From NCBI GenBank assembly GCA_963739305.1, contig CAVTZU010000013.1, forward strand, positions 94,008 through 158,007: a stretch of 64,000 nt of DNA. Direction: 5' to 3'. The position numbers and the translations under genes are program-made. The DNA is from Candidatus Bathyarchaeota archaeon. Its GTDB lineage: Archaea; Thermoproteota; Bathyarchaeia; Bathyarchaeales; Bathycorpusculaceae. Positions 1 to 8,269 of the stretch are shown one piece after another (the first letter of the stretch is position 1; each line of letters starts with the position of its first letter). The notes beneath the pieces are model-generated. The model had not been told where the DNA came from. It worked only from the letters and a program-made list of their open reading frames with translations, and made no database searches.

Positions 1-528
1 GAGCACTACAAGAGCGTGTCTGAAGCCGTCGATTTTCCTATAGTCGTCTACAGCGTCCCAAAGTTTACAGGCGTGTCGCTGGAACCAGCCTTCATCAACA
101 AGCTTGCCTTGGAAAACAGGAAAGTGATTGGAGTGAAGGACAGCAGCGGAAACCTCGGTGCCATCACCGAAACCATAAGGCTGACAGGCAAACGACTCTC
201 AGTCTTGGCAGGCAGCGCCGACATAGTTTTGCCTACCTTATTGGCAGGAGGCAGCGGCGCAGTTGTGGCGGTTGCCAACGTGTTTCCCGCCTTGTGCAGC
301 AAACTTTACATGGCTTTTAAGAAGCGAGACTACGAAGAAGCCTCCGCGCTCCAGAACCGCGTATCGTTCGCAAATGAAGTCCTGGTGAAAAAGTTCAACC
401 AGCTTTCAGCCATCAAAGAAGCGATGAAGTCAAAAGGACTTCCCGCCGGATATCCTCGTAGACCAGCATTGCCCCTCGTCGGCACTGATAAGAAAACGCT
501 CCTTGGCCTGTTGAAAGAAATAGGGTAA
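1..528 (+). CDS. DapA/NanA-family class I aldolase (dihydrodipicolinate synthase-like), 5' truncated by window edge
   Basis: Frame open from base 1; motifs IVVYSVP and catalytic-Lys GVKDSSG, ending GYPRRPALP. Confidence 0.85.
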   Translation, partial: EHYKSVSEAVDFPIVVYSVPKFTGVSLEPAFINKLALENRKVIGVKDSSGNLGAITETIRLTGKRLSVLAGSADIVLPTLLAGGSGAVVAVANVFPALCSKLYMAFKKRDYEEASALQNRVSFANEVLVKKFNQLSAIKEAMKSKGLPAGYPRRPALPLVGTDKKTLLGLLKEIG

Positions 529-607
529 CCTCAGGTTTTCAGCATGTACCAAAACAGATAAGAACTCGTATACAGACCATCAATGCACCAAGTGGAAGTG
601 AGCTGCA

Positions 608-802
608 ATGCCTGCTGAAATCCTTGATACCGAACACTTTGTGAAGCTGAGTGAAAAAGCAGAGTTCTGCGCCGTCAAACGGTTAAAGGAAGTCGTGAAG
701 CTGAAGCTTCGAACGCCGAGCAAACTGTACACACTGAAGATTGAACCAATGAAGGCTGAAGAAGTCATCAAGAAGCTTCAATGCGAAATCCGCGAGATAT
801 GA
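608..802 (+). CDS. rpl38e: 50S ribosomal protein eL38
   Basis: 64 aa, MPAEI start, VKLKLRTPSKLYTL matches the eL38 KFKxRxxxxLYTL motif. Confidence 0.85.
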   Translation: MPAEILDTEHFVKLSEKAEFCAVKRLKEVVKLKLRTPSKLYTLKIEPMKAEEVIKKLQCEIREI

Positions 803-986
803 GCGCGTGTCCCAGAAACTGTCGTGATCTTCTAGTTTAGATTTTCTTTGGCGCGCGTCGTCAGTTTGCTTGTCAACAACGATCCCCGCGTACATTGCGA
901 GATTTTGAGCCTTCAGAAGGTACCGTAAGCAGCAATGCATGCAAGCAACATGCAATCCTGCTGCAAGACAAGCCTAACAGGCCGTT

Positions 987-1034
987 CATATTTGGATCCA
1001 AATATTCATGGTACATTGAAACCTAGGAGGGGTA
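987..1034 (+). repeat. 48-bp dispersed element, copy 1 (18-bp palindrome + ORB-like TTGAAAC..GGGGT)
   Basis: CATATTTGGATCCAAATATTCATGGTACATTGAAACCTAGGAGGGGTA; exact reverse complement at 55070-55117. Confidence 0.9.
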
Positions 1035-1116
1035 CCGATCACCGCCACACCAGATCTCCAAACATTACCAAGCGTGTCCCTAATCAATGAGCTAAAGCGG
1101 CCGCGCGAATTTGTGA

Positions 1117-2538
1117 TCACTGCTTCTTCGTAAGGTATTCGTGAATGGCTCTCGCAGCCTTCTTGCCTGCTCCCATCGCGCTTATCACAGTGGCTTCACC
1201 CGTAACTATGTCACCGCCCGCGTAGACGCCTTCAATGTTCGTTTTCCCGTTCTCATCAGACACTATTGTACCCCATTTCGTCACTTCCAACCCCTCCGTC
1301 GTGCTCTGTATGATCGGATTCGGCGTCCTGCCCACTGCAACGATAACGGTGTCAGTGTCCATCACAAACTCTGAACCCTTCACGGGAACAGGTCTTCTTC
1401 TGCCAGACTGGTCCGGGGGCCCCAACTCCATACATACACACTCCATCGCCTTCACCCAGCCTTTCTCGTCCCCGAAGAACCTTATTGGGTTCGCCAAAAA
1501 CTTGCAGAGTATCCCCTCCTCCTCAGCATTCTCGATCTCTTCTTTGCGAGCAGGCATCTCTTCTCGCGACCGACGATAGACAATGCACACTTCCTCAGCA
1601 CCCAAACGCAATGCCGAGCGAGCAGAATCCATGGCAACGTTGCCGCCGCCGATAACGACCACATGCTTTCCGATTCTGATCGGCGTATCATAAAGAGGAA
1701 ACGCGTACGCCTTCATCAGGTTCACGCGAATCAGAAACTCGTTTGCAGAATAGATCCCGCCAAGGTTCTCGCCCGGCACCCCCAAGAACGCTGGCAGACC
1801 CGCTCCGGTGCCAATGAAAACAGCACCAAAGCCTCTTTCCTTGAGTAGCTCTGGAATCGTGTAAACTCTTCCAACAAGATAACCCAAATGAAAGTCAGCC
1901 CCAAGCTTCTGGATGTAATCCGCTTCAGCCTGAACAATCTTCTTTGGCAATCGGAACTCAGGGATCCCGTAAACCAAAACCCCCCCGGGGACGTGTAAAG
2001 CTTCAAAGATCTCGACCTTGTGCCCCATCCTGACGAGGTCCGCCGCAGCGGTAAGCCCAGCTGGGCCGGCACCGACTATCGCTATTTTCTTGCCTGTTGA
2101 CGGTGCCCTCTCGGATAGTTTTGTTCTTCCTCTGTCTCTTTCCCAGTCTGCCAACCAACGTTCCAGCCTGCCGATACTGACTGGTTCACCGACTTTAGCA
2201 AGGATGCAGCACTTTTGGCACTGCTCTTCCTGCGGGCATACACGCCCACAAATGGCTGGCAAGCTATTCTTCTCTTTGATCTTCGCTATGGCCTCATCAT
2301 ACTTTCCTTCCCTCAACAGCTTGACGAATTCAGGGATGCTTATCTCAACCGGGCAGCCCGTGACACACTGGGGTTTTGGACACTGTAAACAACGGTTCGC
2401 CTCTGCCTTTGCTTGCTCCTCAGTATAGCCGAGAGCAACTTCATCAAAATTCTTCCTGCGGTCCTCTGGCTTCTGCTTGGGCATCTGCTCTGCTTCTTTC
2501 TTTATCTTAGGTTTCGGTTTACTTTCTGCCACAGGCAC
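1117..2538 (-). CDS. nfnB: NfnB/SudA (GltD-like) NADPH-dependent flavoprotein large subunit
   Basis: CLQCPKPQCVTGCP and CGRVCPQEEQC Fe-S motifs; GAGPAG and GGGNVAMD Rossmann motifs; adjacent to nfnA. Confidence 0.9.
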   Translation of the reverse strand: MPVAESKPKPKIKKEAEQMPKQKPEDRRKNFDEVALGYTEEQAKAEANRCLQCPKPQCVTGCPVEISIPEFVKLLREGKYDEAIAKIKEKNSLPAICGRVCPQEEQCQKCCILAKVGEPVSIGRLERWLADWERDRGRTKLSERAPSTGKKIAIVGAGPAGLTAAADLVRMGHKVEIFEALHVPGGVLVYGIPEFRLPKKIVQAEADYIQKLGADFHLGYLVGRVYTIPELLKERGFGAVFIGTGAGLPAFLGVPGENLGGIYSANEFLIRVNLMKAYAFPLYDTPIRIGKHVVVIGGGNVAMDSARSALRLGAEEVCIVYRRSREEMPARKEEIENAEEEGILCKFLANPIRFFGDEKGWVKAMECVCMELGPPDQSGRRRPVPVKGSEFVMDTDTVIVAVGRTPNPIIQSTTEGLEVTKWGTIVSDENGKTNIEGVYAGGDIVTGEATVISAMGAGKKAARAIHEYLTKKQ

Positions 2539-3358
2539 AGCTTCCTTGCAATTGATAGATGAAAGAGCTCAGTCTTTCCTCAGGCAGAAACATTCTCTGC
2601 CTGTTCACCAACTCGTCAAAATCCACTGCGTGTCCATCAAATTCTGGGCCGTCAACGCATCCGAACTTCATCTTGCCGCTGACGGTAACTCTGCACACCC
2701 CACACATTCCCATACCGTCTATCATTACAGGCGTCAAAGTAACGATTGTGGGCACTTTGCAGGACCTCGTCAACTCTGCCACATTTCGCATCATCACGAT
2801 AGGTCCATAGGTAACGCAGCGATCAAACCTGCCTTTTTCAAGAACATCCTTGAGAAAATCTAGTCCTTCGAAGCCTTTGGATCCGTCATCGGTTGTAACA
2901 TAGAACTCATCGCAGAGGAGCTTCATCTCTTCTTCGAAGAAAAGCAGGTCCTTGGTTCTGGCTCCAATGGCAACCGTCACGCTGTTTCCGGCTTCCCTAA
3001 GCGCCTTCACCTGAAGCAGCATAGGTGCGATCATTACACCGCCGCCGACGCATAGAACTTTCCCGAAGTTCTTCACCTCGGAAGGTTTTCCCAGAGGTCC
3101 CGTTATGCTCTGCACACAATCGCCTTCGTTGAGGCATCCCAACTGCCGGGTTGTCTTGCCGACCTCATTGAAGGCGAAGCATACTGTTCCCTTCTTTGGA
3201 TCGTATCCGGCAAAAGTCAGAGGAACGCGTTCACCCTTCTCGTCGATCATTAACATGATGAATTGGCCAGGACGAGCTTTTTGAGCTATTTCAGGAGCAT
3301 CAACCTCAAACCACTTGATCTTCGGTGCCAGCTCCCTCTTCGAGAGAATCTTATACAT
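2519..3358 (-). CDS. nfnA: NfnA/SudB ferredoxin:NADP+ oxidoreductase small subunit
   Basis: PGQF..GERVPLT FAD domain; DGMGMCGVCRV..CVDGPEF [2Fe-2S] motif. Confidence 0.9.
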   Translation of the reverse strand: MYKILSKRELAPKIKWFEVDAPEIAQKARPGQFIMLMIDEKGERVPLTFAGYDPKKGTVCFAFNEVGKTTRQLGCLNEGDCVQSITGPLGKPSEVKNFGKVLCVGGGVMIAPMLLQVKALREAGNSVTVAIGARTKDLLFFEEEMKLLCDEFYVTTDDGSKGFEGLDFLKDVLEKGRFDRCVTYGPIVMMRNVAELTRSCKVPTIVTLTPVMIDGMGMCGVCRVTVSGKMKFGCVDGPEFDGHAVDFDELVNRQRMFLPEERLSSFIYQLQGSCACGRK

Positions 3359-4568
3359 TGGTTCTCACCTCTACACTCACCATCTTCAAAGGAGGCAGGG
3401 ACGCAATCTTCTTTTCAAACTCGGCGAGCTTCTGATCAAATTCGCCAACGCATCTCGGGTTAACCGTGAACAACTCGAAACGCTCAAGCAACCCCATTTT
3501 TTTCAACGAATTCTTGAGGACAGAAACGTTTCTTTCAGCCGTTTCCTTTCCTTCCTGAAGCTTACAGTCTTCCGGTGAACATACCGCGGCCATTACACCG
3601 TCAAACCCGTTCTGCAAAGCGTTGAAAACATGAACTGGGTCTAAAGCCTTGAAGCATGGAACCTCCAACATCAAGACTTTCTTGTTCAACGGGCTTTCAG
3701 AGTCGTCTAATGCTGAGAACTCTGACCATTGACAAACGAAAACAAGAATGAGCGGCGATACTCCTTGCTTCTTGAGCTGCCTAGCAGCTTCCACGTAACG
3801 TTTGAGTACGTTGTCAAACTCGAAACCCTTGACCTCAATCGCGTTATAAGGGCAGACCAATGCACAGGCTCCACAACCCTTGCACTTGTCCGCAAGAATC
3901 TTAGGAGTCGCCAATTGCTGTGCCTCTATTGCCTTGTAGGGACAGATGAACACGCACTTGTCGCAGCCTACGCATTTTGACGTGTCGTAAATCGCTTTCC
4001 TGGAGTATTTGATGACTTTGAAGGCGTCTTTGTGGAGCCCGAATTGCTCGAGCACTTTTCCGCCCAGAACCATTCTTCGAGTGTTTATCTTCGTGCCCTC
4101 CTTGAAGCGGCAGAAGTCATCCTCACATTGAAGCGAGACGATTCTCTTTATGCCACTTTTCAAGACTTTGAAAATGAACTCCGCTGGAATGCGTCCAGCA
4201 CAGGGAACACGTAGAGGTATGTATTTCTCTATTCTCAAACCGTTTTCTTTGAGGATCTCCTGCACCTCGCCACTTGAAGGTGAGTTACCTCTGCACATCA
4301 GGACGAGCGTATCGCTCCTGCACTTTTCCTGCAAGACCTTAACGTGATTGAGCAAGCTTTCATAATCATAGTACATGATTTCCACTGCCATAACAGGGCA
4401 AGCGCTGTAACATATGCCGCAGACCTGGCACTTTTGAAGGTCTATCTCAACCTTGCCGGTTTCTGGGTCACGTTTTATCGCTTCGTATGGACATATCGAA
4501 TGGCAGATGGAACACCTGCTACAAAGATCTTCGTTGATCATTATTGCTGCGGCACATTTCTTGCTCAT
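3351..4568 (-). CDS. Tandem (2x[4Fe-4S] ferredoxin + MvhD/FlpD-like) Fe-S protein
   Basis: Four CxxCxxCxxxCP motifs in two pairs, each pair followed by an MvhD-like domain (RVPCAGRI..CEDDFCRFKEG; EVPCFKAL..CSPEDCKLQEG). Confidence 0.8.
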   Translation of the reverse strand: MSKKCAAAIMINEDLCSRCSICHSICPYEAIKRDPETGKVEIDLQKCQVCGICYSACPVMAVEIMYYDYESLLNHVKVLQEKCRSDTLVLMCRGNSPSSGEVQEILKENGLRIEKYIPLRVPCAGRIPAEFIFKVLKSGIKRIVSLQCEDDFCRFKEGTKINTRRMVLGGKVLEQFGLHKDAFKVIKYSRKAIYDTSKCVGCDKCVFICPYKAIEAQQLATPKILADKCKGCGACALVCPYNAIEVKGFEFDNVLKRYVEAARQLKKQGVSPLILVFVCQWSEFSALDDSESPLNKKVLMLEVPCFKALDPVHVFNALQNGFDGVMAAVCSPEDCKLQEGKETAERNVSVLKNSLKKMGLLERFELFTVNPRCVGEFDQKLAEFEKKIASLPPLKMVSVEVRTNV

Positions 4569-4675
4569 TTACTCTGACTCCTCGGCTTTTTGTCTTTCAA
4601 CCTTCCCTGAGACAATCGTTTTCGTGACTCTGAAAAGAATTATTCTGAACGATATATTGGTTTTGAGGGGTTTAG

Positions 4676-5608
4676 CTACTTTCTATAGTATGGTCTTTCG
4701 ATGAAGGCGTATGCCTCAACCGCAGCAGTTATTCCTTGTCCAACAGCTACTCCTATTTGCTTGACGGGATGGTTTGCAACGTCACCCGCAGCATAGACTC
4801 CTTCGATGTTGGTGTGCTGCAGCGCGTCAACGATGATGTTGCCATCTTTGTCAACAGCAACTCCGGCTTCTTTAGCTTGCTGGGAGTTAGGGTCCTCACC
4901 AATCTGGACGAAAACGCCGTCAGTCAAAACCTCTCCAGTTTCACCGCTTTGGTTGTTGATGATGATGACCTTCGTCACACTCTTCTCGCCAAGAATCTCC
5001 TTGACCTCGGAGTTCCAAAGAACCTCGATGTTTTTCATCATTTTCAAGTCCTGAGCCAAAGCATCTTCCGCCCTGAAGGTGTTCTTGCGGTGAACGAGTT
5101 TGACGTCTGATCCGAGATGAGCAAGGTACAGCGCAGTTATGAGCGCCGTGTTCCCCCCTCCAACAACCACAACTCGCTTGTTTTTGAAAAATGGGCCATC
5201 ACATAGCCCGCAGTAACTCACCCCTCTTCCACGGAACTCTTCTTCGCCCGGAACTCCAAGACGACGATACGTTGCTCCAGAAGCAACTATAATCGCTTTG
5301 GCCTCGAACGTTCCCTTTTCAGTTTCAACTACCTTCTTATCGACTCCCAGGACCATTCTCACAACCCTTTCAAACTCGTTGATCTTCGCGCCTGTTTCCT
5401 TAGTTTGAGCAACCATTTTCTGTGCGAGCTCGGTGCCTTCGATATTTTGAAAACCAGGATAGTTCTCCACCCATGGCGCGTCGGCTGTAGTTCCCCCAGC
5501 TATTTTCTCTTCCAGAATGATCGTCTTGAGTCCGCTTCGAGCGCCATAAATCCCAGCGGCCATGCCAGCGGCTCCCGCGCCTATTATCAATAAATCGCAG
5601 CTTTCCAT
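4676..5608 (-). CDS. trxB: Thioredoxin reductase
   Basis: GAGAAG, GRGVSYCGLCDG (CxxC), GGGNTA, GVYAAGD. Confidence 0.92.
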   Translation of the reverse strand: MESCDLLIIGAGAAGMAAGIYGARSGLKTIILEEKIAGGTTADAPWVENYPGFQNIEGTELAQKMVAQTKETGAKINEFERVVRMVLGVDKKVVETEKGTFEAKAIIVASGATYRRLGVPGEEEFRGRGVSYCGLCDGPFFKNKRVVVVGGGNTALITALYLAHLGSDVKLVHRKNTFRAEDALAQDLKMMKNIEVLWNSEVKEILGEKSVTKVIIINNQSGETGEVLTDGVFVQIGEDPNSQQAKEAGVAVDKDGNIIVDALQHTNIEGVYAAGDVANHPVKQIGVAVGQGITAAVEAYAFIERPYYRK

Positions 5609-5844
5609 GCTCTCTCAACTCTGAGACCCATTATTCTAACCACTCGTGGTTTATGAAATATTCGCAAAGCAAGAGGACTACGGGATATCTCTCTTATCGC
5701 AAACAATGTGCTTCTGCACTAACCTATGCTTCATGGTGTAAACATTCGGCTGGACTCTGAAAGCGAAAGGCTTCAACTGGAAGCTTGTTCCAGAATCCTT
5801 ATAATCGAGGTTCAAAAGATGGTAGCTCAAGAGGAGAGAAAGAA

Positions 5845-7011
5845 ATGATCAGAAAAATCGCAGTTCTATCTTTGATCGTTCTGCTTGCCTCATTCATCTA
5901 CGTCACCGCTGCCGCAATGCCGCACGCATCTGCCGCTGCGCCAGTACAGTTGTTCATCGACCCTCCACAAATCGTTGATCAGACTCTAGTGCCAAACACC
6001 ATGTTCAACGTTTCAGTCAAGGTAGCTAACATTCCTGCTGACCCCGGGGTCGTCGGCATTGAGTTCAACGTGACCTGGGATCCAACGATACTCACTGGAA
6101 TCAGCCAGCAGGAAATTATCTTCCACCAGGTGACGCCGACAAGTCAATGGAGCAACATTTGGGCTCTCACGGATGATGTCGAGACCAACTCCGTAGCGTA
6201 TGCTTACACCTTCCAGAACATCGCCAAGGCCAAAACAGGCGGCTACGCACCGATAAACGGAAGCTACACCGTCGCAAACATCACGCTTCAGGTAGTAGGC
6301 GTCGGAAAATGCCCACTGCACTTCTACGTGTCAAAACTAGGAGACCCAACGGGCACCGCAATCGACCACGACACAACTGATGGATTCTTTAACAACATAG
6401 TTCCACCCCCACCGCCAGCAGCTGCACTGCTCTCACTTGATCCAGCGAAAATCGTCAACTCTGGCCTCGTTGTCGGCACAACCTTCTCAGTAAGCGTTAA
6501 TATCACAAACGCCACGAACCTCGGCGGCCTAGAATTCAAACTTGGCTTCAACGTAAGCGTTCTGAACGCGCTTTCTGTTAACGCCGGCGGAATTCCTTTC
6601 ACCGGAACAGCAACACAGATAGATAATTCGACAGGATTCATAATGTTCAATGCCACATCAGTCCCGTCTTTGAACATCACGGGCACTGCGGCGATAGTTC
6701 AATTCAAAGTGATGGCAGACGGAGTCAAAAACTCGCTCTTGCACTTGTACAATGTGACGCTCGTCGATGGTGACGGCAATCCGTTACCGTTCAACACGAC
6801 CGATGGAAGCTTCACGAACACGAAGATCATCCCAGGCGACATAGACTCAAACGGAATCGTCGACATCTACGACGCAATCGCGGCTGCTCGCGCGTTCGGT
6901 TCGACTCCTGCATCCCCTAACTGGAACGCCGCGGCAGACCTTAACGGAGACGGACAAATAGACATCTTTGACCTAATAATAATCGGACAGAACTTCCGTC
7001 AAAAAGCGTAA
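5845..7011 (+). CDS. Secreted protein with two cohesin-like domains and a C-terminal dockerin
   Basis: Signal peptide MIRKIAVLSLIVLLAS; two beta-rich repeats (FNVSVKVAN/FSVSVNITN..GxEF) joined by PPPPP; duplicated Ca-binding loops GDIDSNGIVDIYD and DLNGDGQIDIFD. Confidence 0.8.
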   Translation: MIRKIAVLSLIVLLASFIYVTAAAMPHASAAAPVQLFIDPPQIVDQTLVPNTMFNVSVKVANIPADPGVVGIEFNVTWDPTILTGISQQEIIFHQVTPTSQWSNIWALTDDVETNSVAYAYTFQNIAKAKTGGYAPINGSYTVANITLQVVGVGKCPLHFYVSKLGDPTGTAIDHDTTDGFFNNIVPPPPPAAALLSLDPAKIVNSGLVVGTTFSVSVNITNATNLGGLEFKLGFNVSVLNALSVNAGGIPFTGTATQIDNSTGFIMFNATSVPSLNITGTAAIVQFKVMADGVKNSLLHLYNVTLVDGDGNPLPFNTTDGSFTNTKIIPGDIDSNGIVDIYDAIAAARAFGSTPASPNWNAAADLNGDGQIDIFDLIIIGQNFRQKA

Positions 7012-7033
7012 ACCTCTTTCCCTTTTTTCTTTT
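7012..7033 (+). terminator. Pyrimidine/T-rich archaeal terminator
   Basis: ACCTCTTTCCCTTTTTTCTTTT immediately after the stop, between convergent genes. Confidence 0.5.
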
Positions 7034-7059
7034 GCAGCTCATCCAAAAGACGAATCAGT

Positions 7060-8169
7060 CTAGAAACCGAGTGCCACTAACTCTGAAATATCCATGATTT
7101 GGATTTTGCCTTCAGCACCAGTGGTCTTCACTGCATCCTCAAACGTCAAGAGGCAGTAAGGACAAGCGACTGCAAGAACGTCGGCCCCGGCCTCGACAGC
7201 ATCTCTGACGCGTGTCTCAGCAAGACGCGGACCAGGAATGTCAACCCACATTCTTCCTCCTCCCCCTTCACAGCAAACGCTCCTCGCCCTGTTGCGGTCA
7301 AACTCTAAGAGCTTCACGCCGGGTACGCTTTCAATCACTTTCCTAGGCTCGTCGTAAACGCCGTTCTGCTTCCCCAAGAAGCACGGGTCATGATAGATTA
7401 CTTTCCTGTTCACTTCCTTGCTGAAAGCCAATTTCTTCTCGTCAATCAGTTTGGCAAGAAGCTGACTGTGATGAAGCGGCTCAAAAACAGTCTGATTGTA
7501 CCTATTCTTGAAGGCATGGTATCCATGTGGACAGCTTGTCACAGCCTGTTTCACATCATACTTCCTGAAGGCCTTCATGTTCTCTTCAACGAGGAAATCA
7601 AAAAGGCCTTTTTCCCCCATTCCGTAAACTTCGCTTCCGCAACAGTTTTCTTCGTCGCATAGAACGCCAAAATTTAAGCCTGCTCTTTCGAAGCATCTTA
7701 CTAGGCTTTTAGGCACGTTCTGAACTCTCGGGTCGTAGGCAGCGGTACATCCGACGAAGAACAAGACGTCTGCACCCTGTGACATTGGTTTGACATTTAG
7801 GCCTTGCATCCATTCGGAGCGTTTGTTACGTATTCTTCCCCAAGGGTTACCGTTCTTGAAAATGCTTTCCAACGCATCCCTTATCGTAGGCGCGATCTGG
7901 CCCTCTTCAACCGCCATACCCCGAACGTCAATAAGAAACTCATACGGGTTCAGATCCTTTGGACAGCGGACGCCACACGTGCTACAAGTTGTGCAGCTCC
8001 AAACCTCATTCTGTGAATGAGGTGTCAACTTGCCTAACGTGGAAACTTCACGCATGTACTTTCTAATGTTCAGATTGGCTTTTCTTGCGACTGGACAGCT
8101 TCCAGTGCAAGTTCCACATTGAATACATTCAAGAAGTTTGTGCTTCTGCGTCAGCTCCTGAGCATTCAT
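7060..8169 (-). CDS. Soluble HdrD/GlpC-like Fe-S oxidoreductase (ferredoxin domain + two CCG domains)
   Basis: CIQCGTCTGSCP, CTTCSTCGVRCP, ENCCGS, YHDPCFLG, VCCEGGGG, ACPYC; no TM segment. Confidence 0.85.
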   Translation of the reverse strand: MNAQELTQKHKLLECIQCGTCTGSCPVARKANLNIRKYMREVSTLGKLTPHSQNEVWSCTTCSTCGVRCPKDLNPYEFLIDVRGMAVEEGQIAPTIRDALESIFKNGNPWGRIRNKRSEWMQGLNVKPMSQGADVLFFVGCTAAYDPRVQNVPKSLVRCFERAGLNFGVLCDEENCCGSEVYGMGEKGLFDFLVEENMKAFRKYDVKQAVTSCPHGYHAFKNRYNQTVFEPLHHSQLLAKLIDEKKLAFSKEVNRKVIYHDPCFLGKQNGVYDEPRKVIESVPGVKLLEFDRNRARSVCCEGGGGRMWVDIPGPRLAETRVRDAVEAGADVLAVACPYCLLTFEDAVKTTGAEGKIQIMDISELVALGF

Positions 8170-8269
8170 GTCGGTCCATCGCTTTTTAGTGAAACGGGAG
8201 CATAAGGTTATTAAAGCGTTTTCCCGTGAATCATTCAAAATCGTTCATAGGCTAAGGAGATTTCAACCA

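Noticed and set aside
984-1022. CRISPR-repeat-like string (GTT...palindrome...ATTGAAAC)
   Set aside because: Single copy at each locus, no spacers or cas genes, and the conserved unit extends 12 nt beyond ATTGAAAC
1117-2538. Glutamate synthase small subunit
   Set aside because: Paired with NfnA/SudB and no large subunit is nearby, so it is better called NfnB
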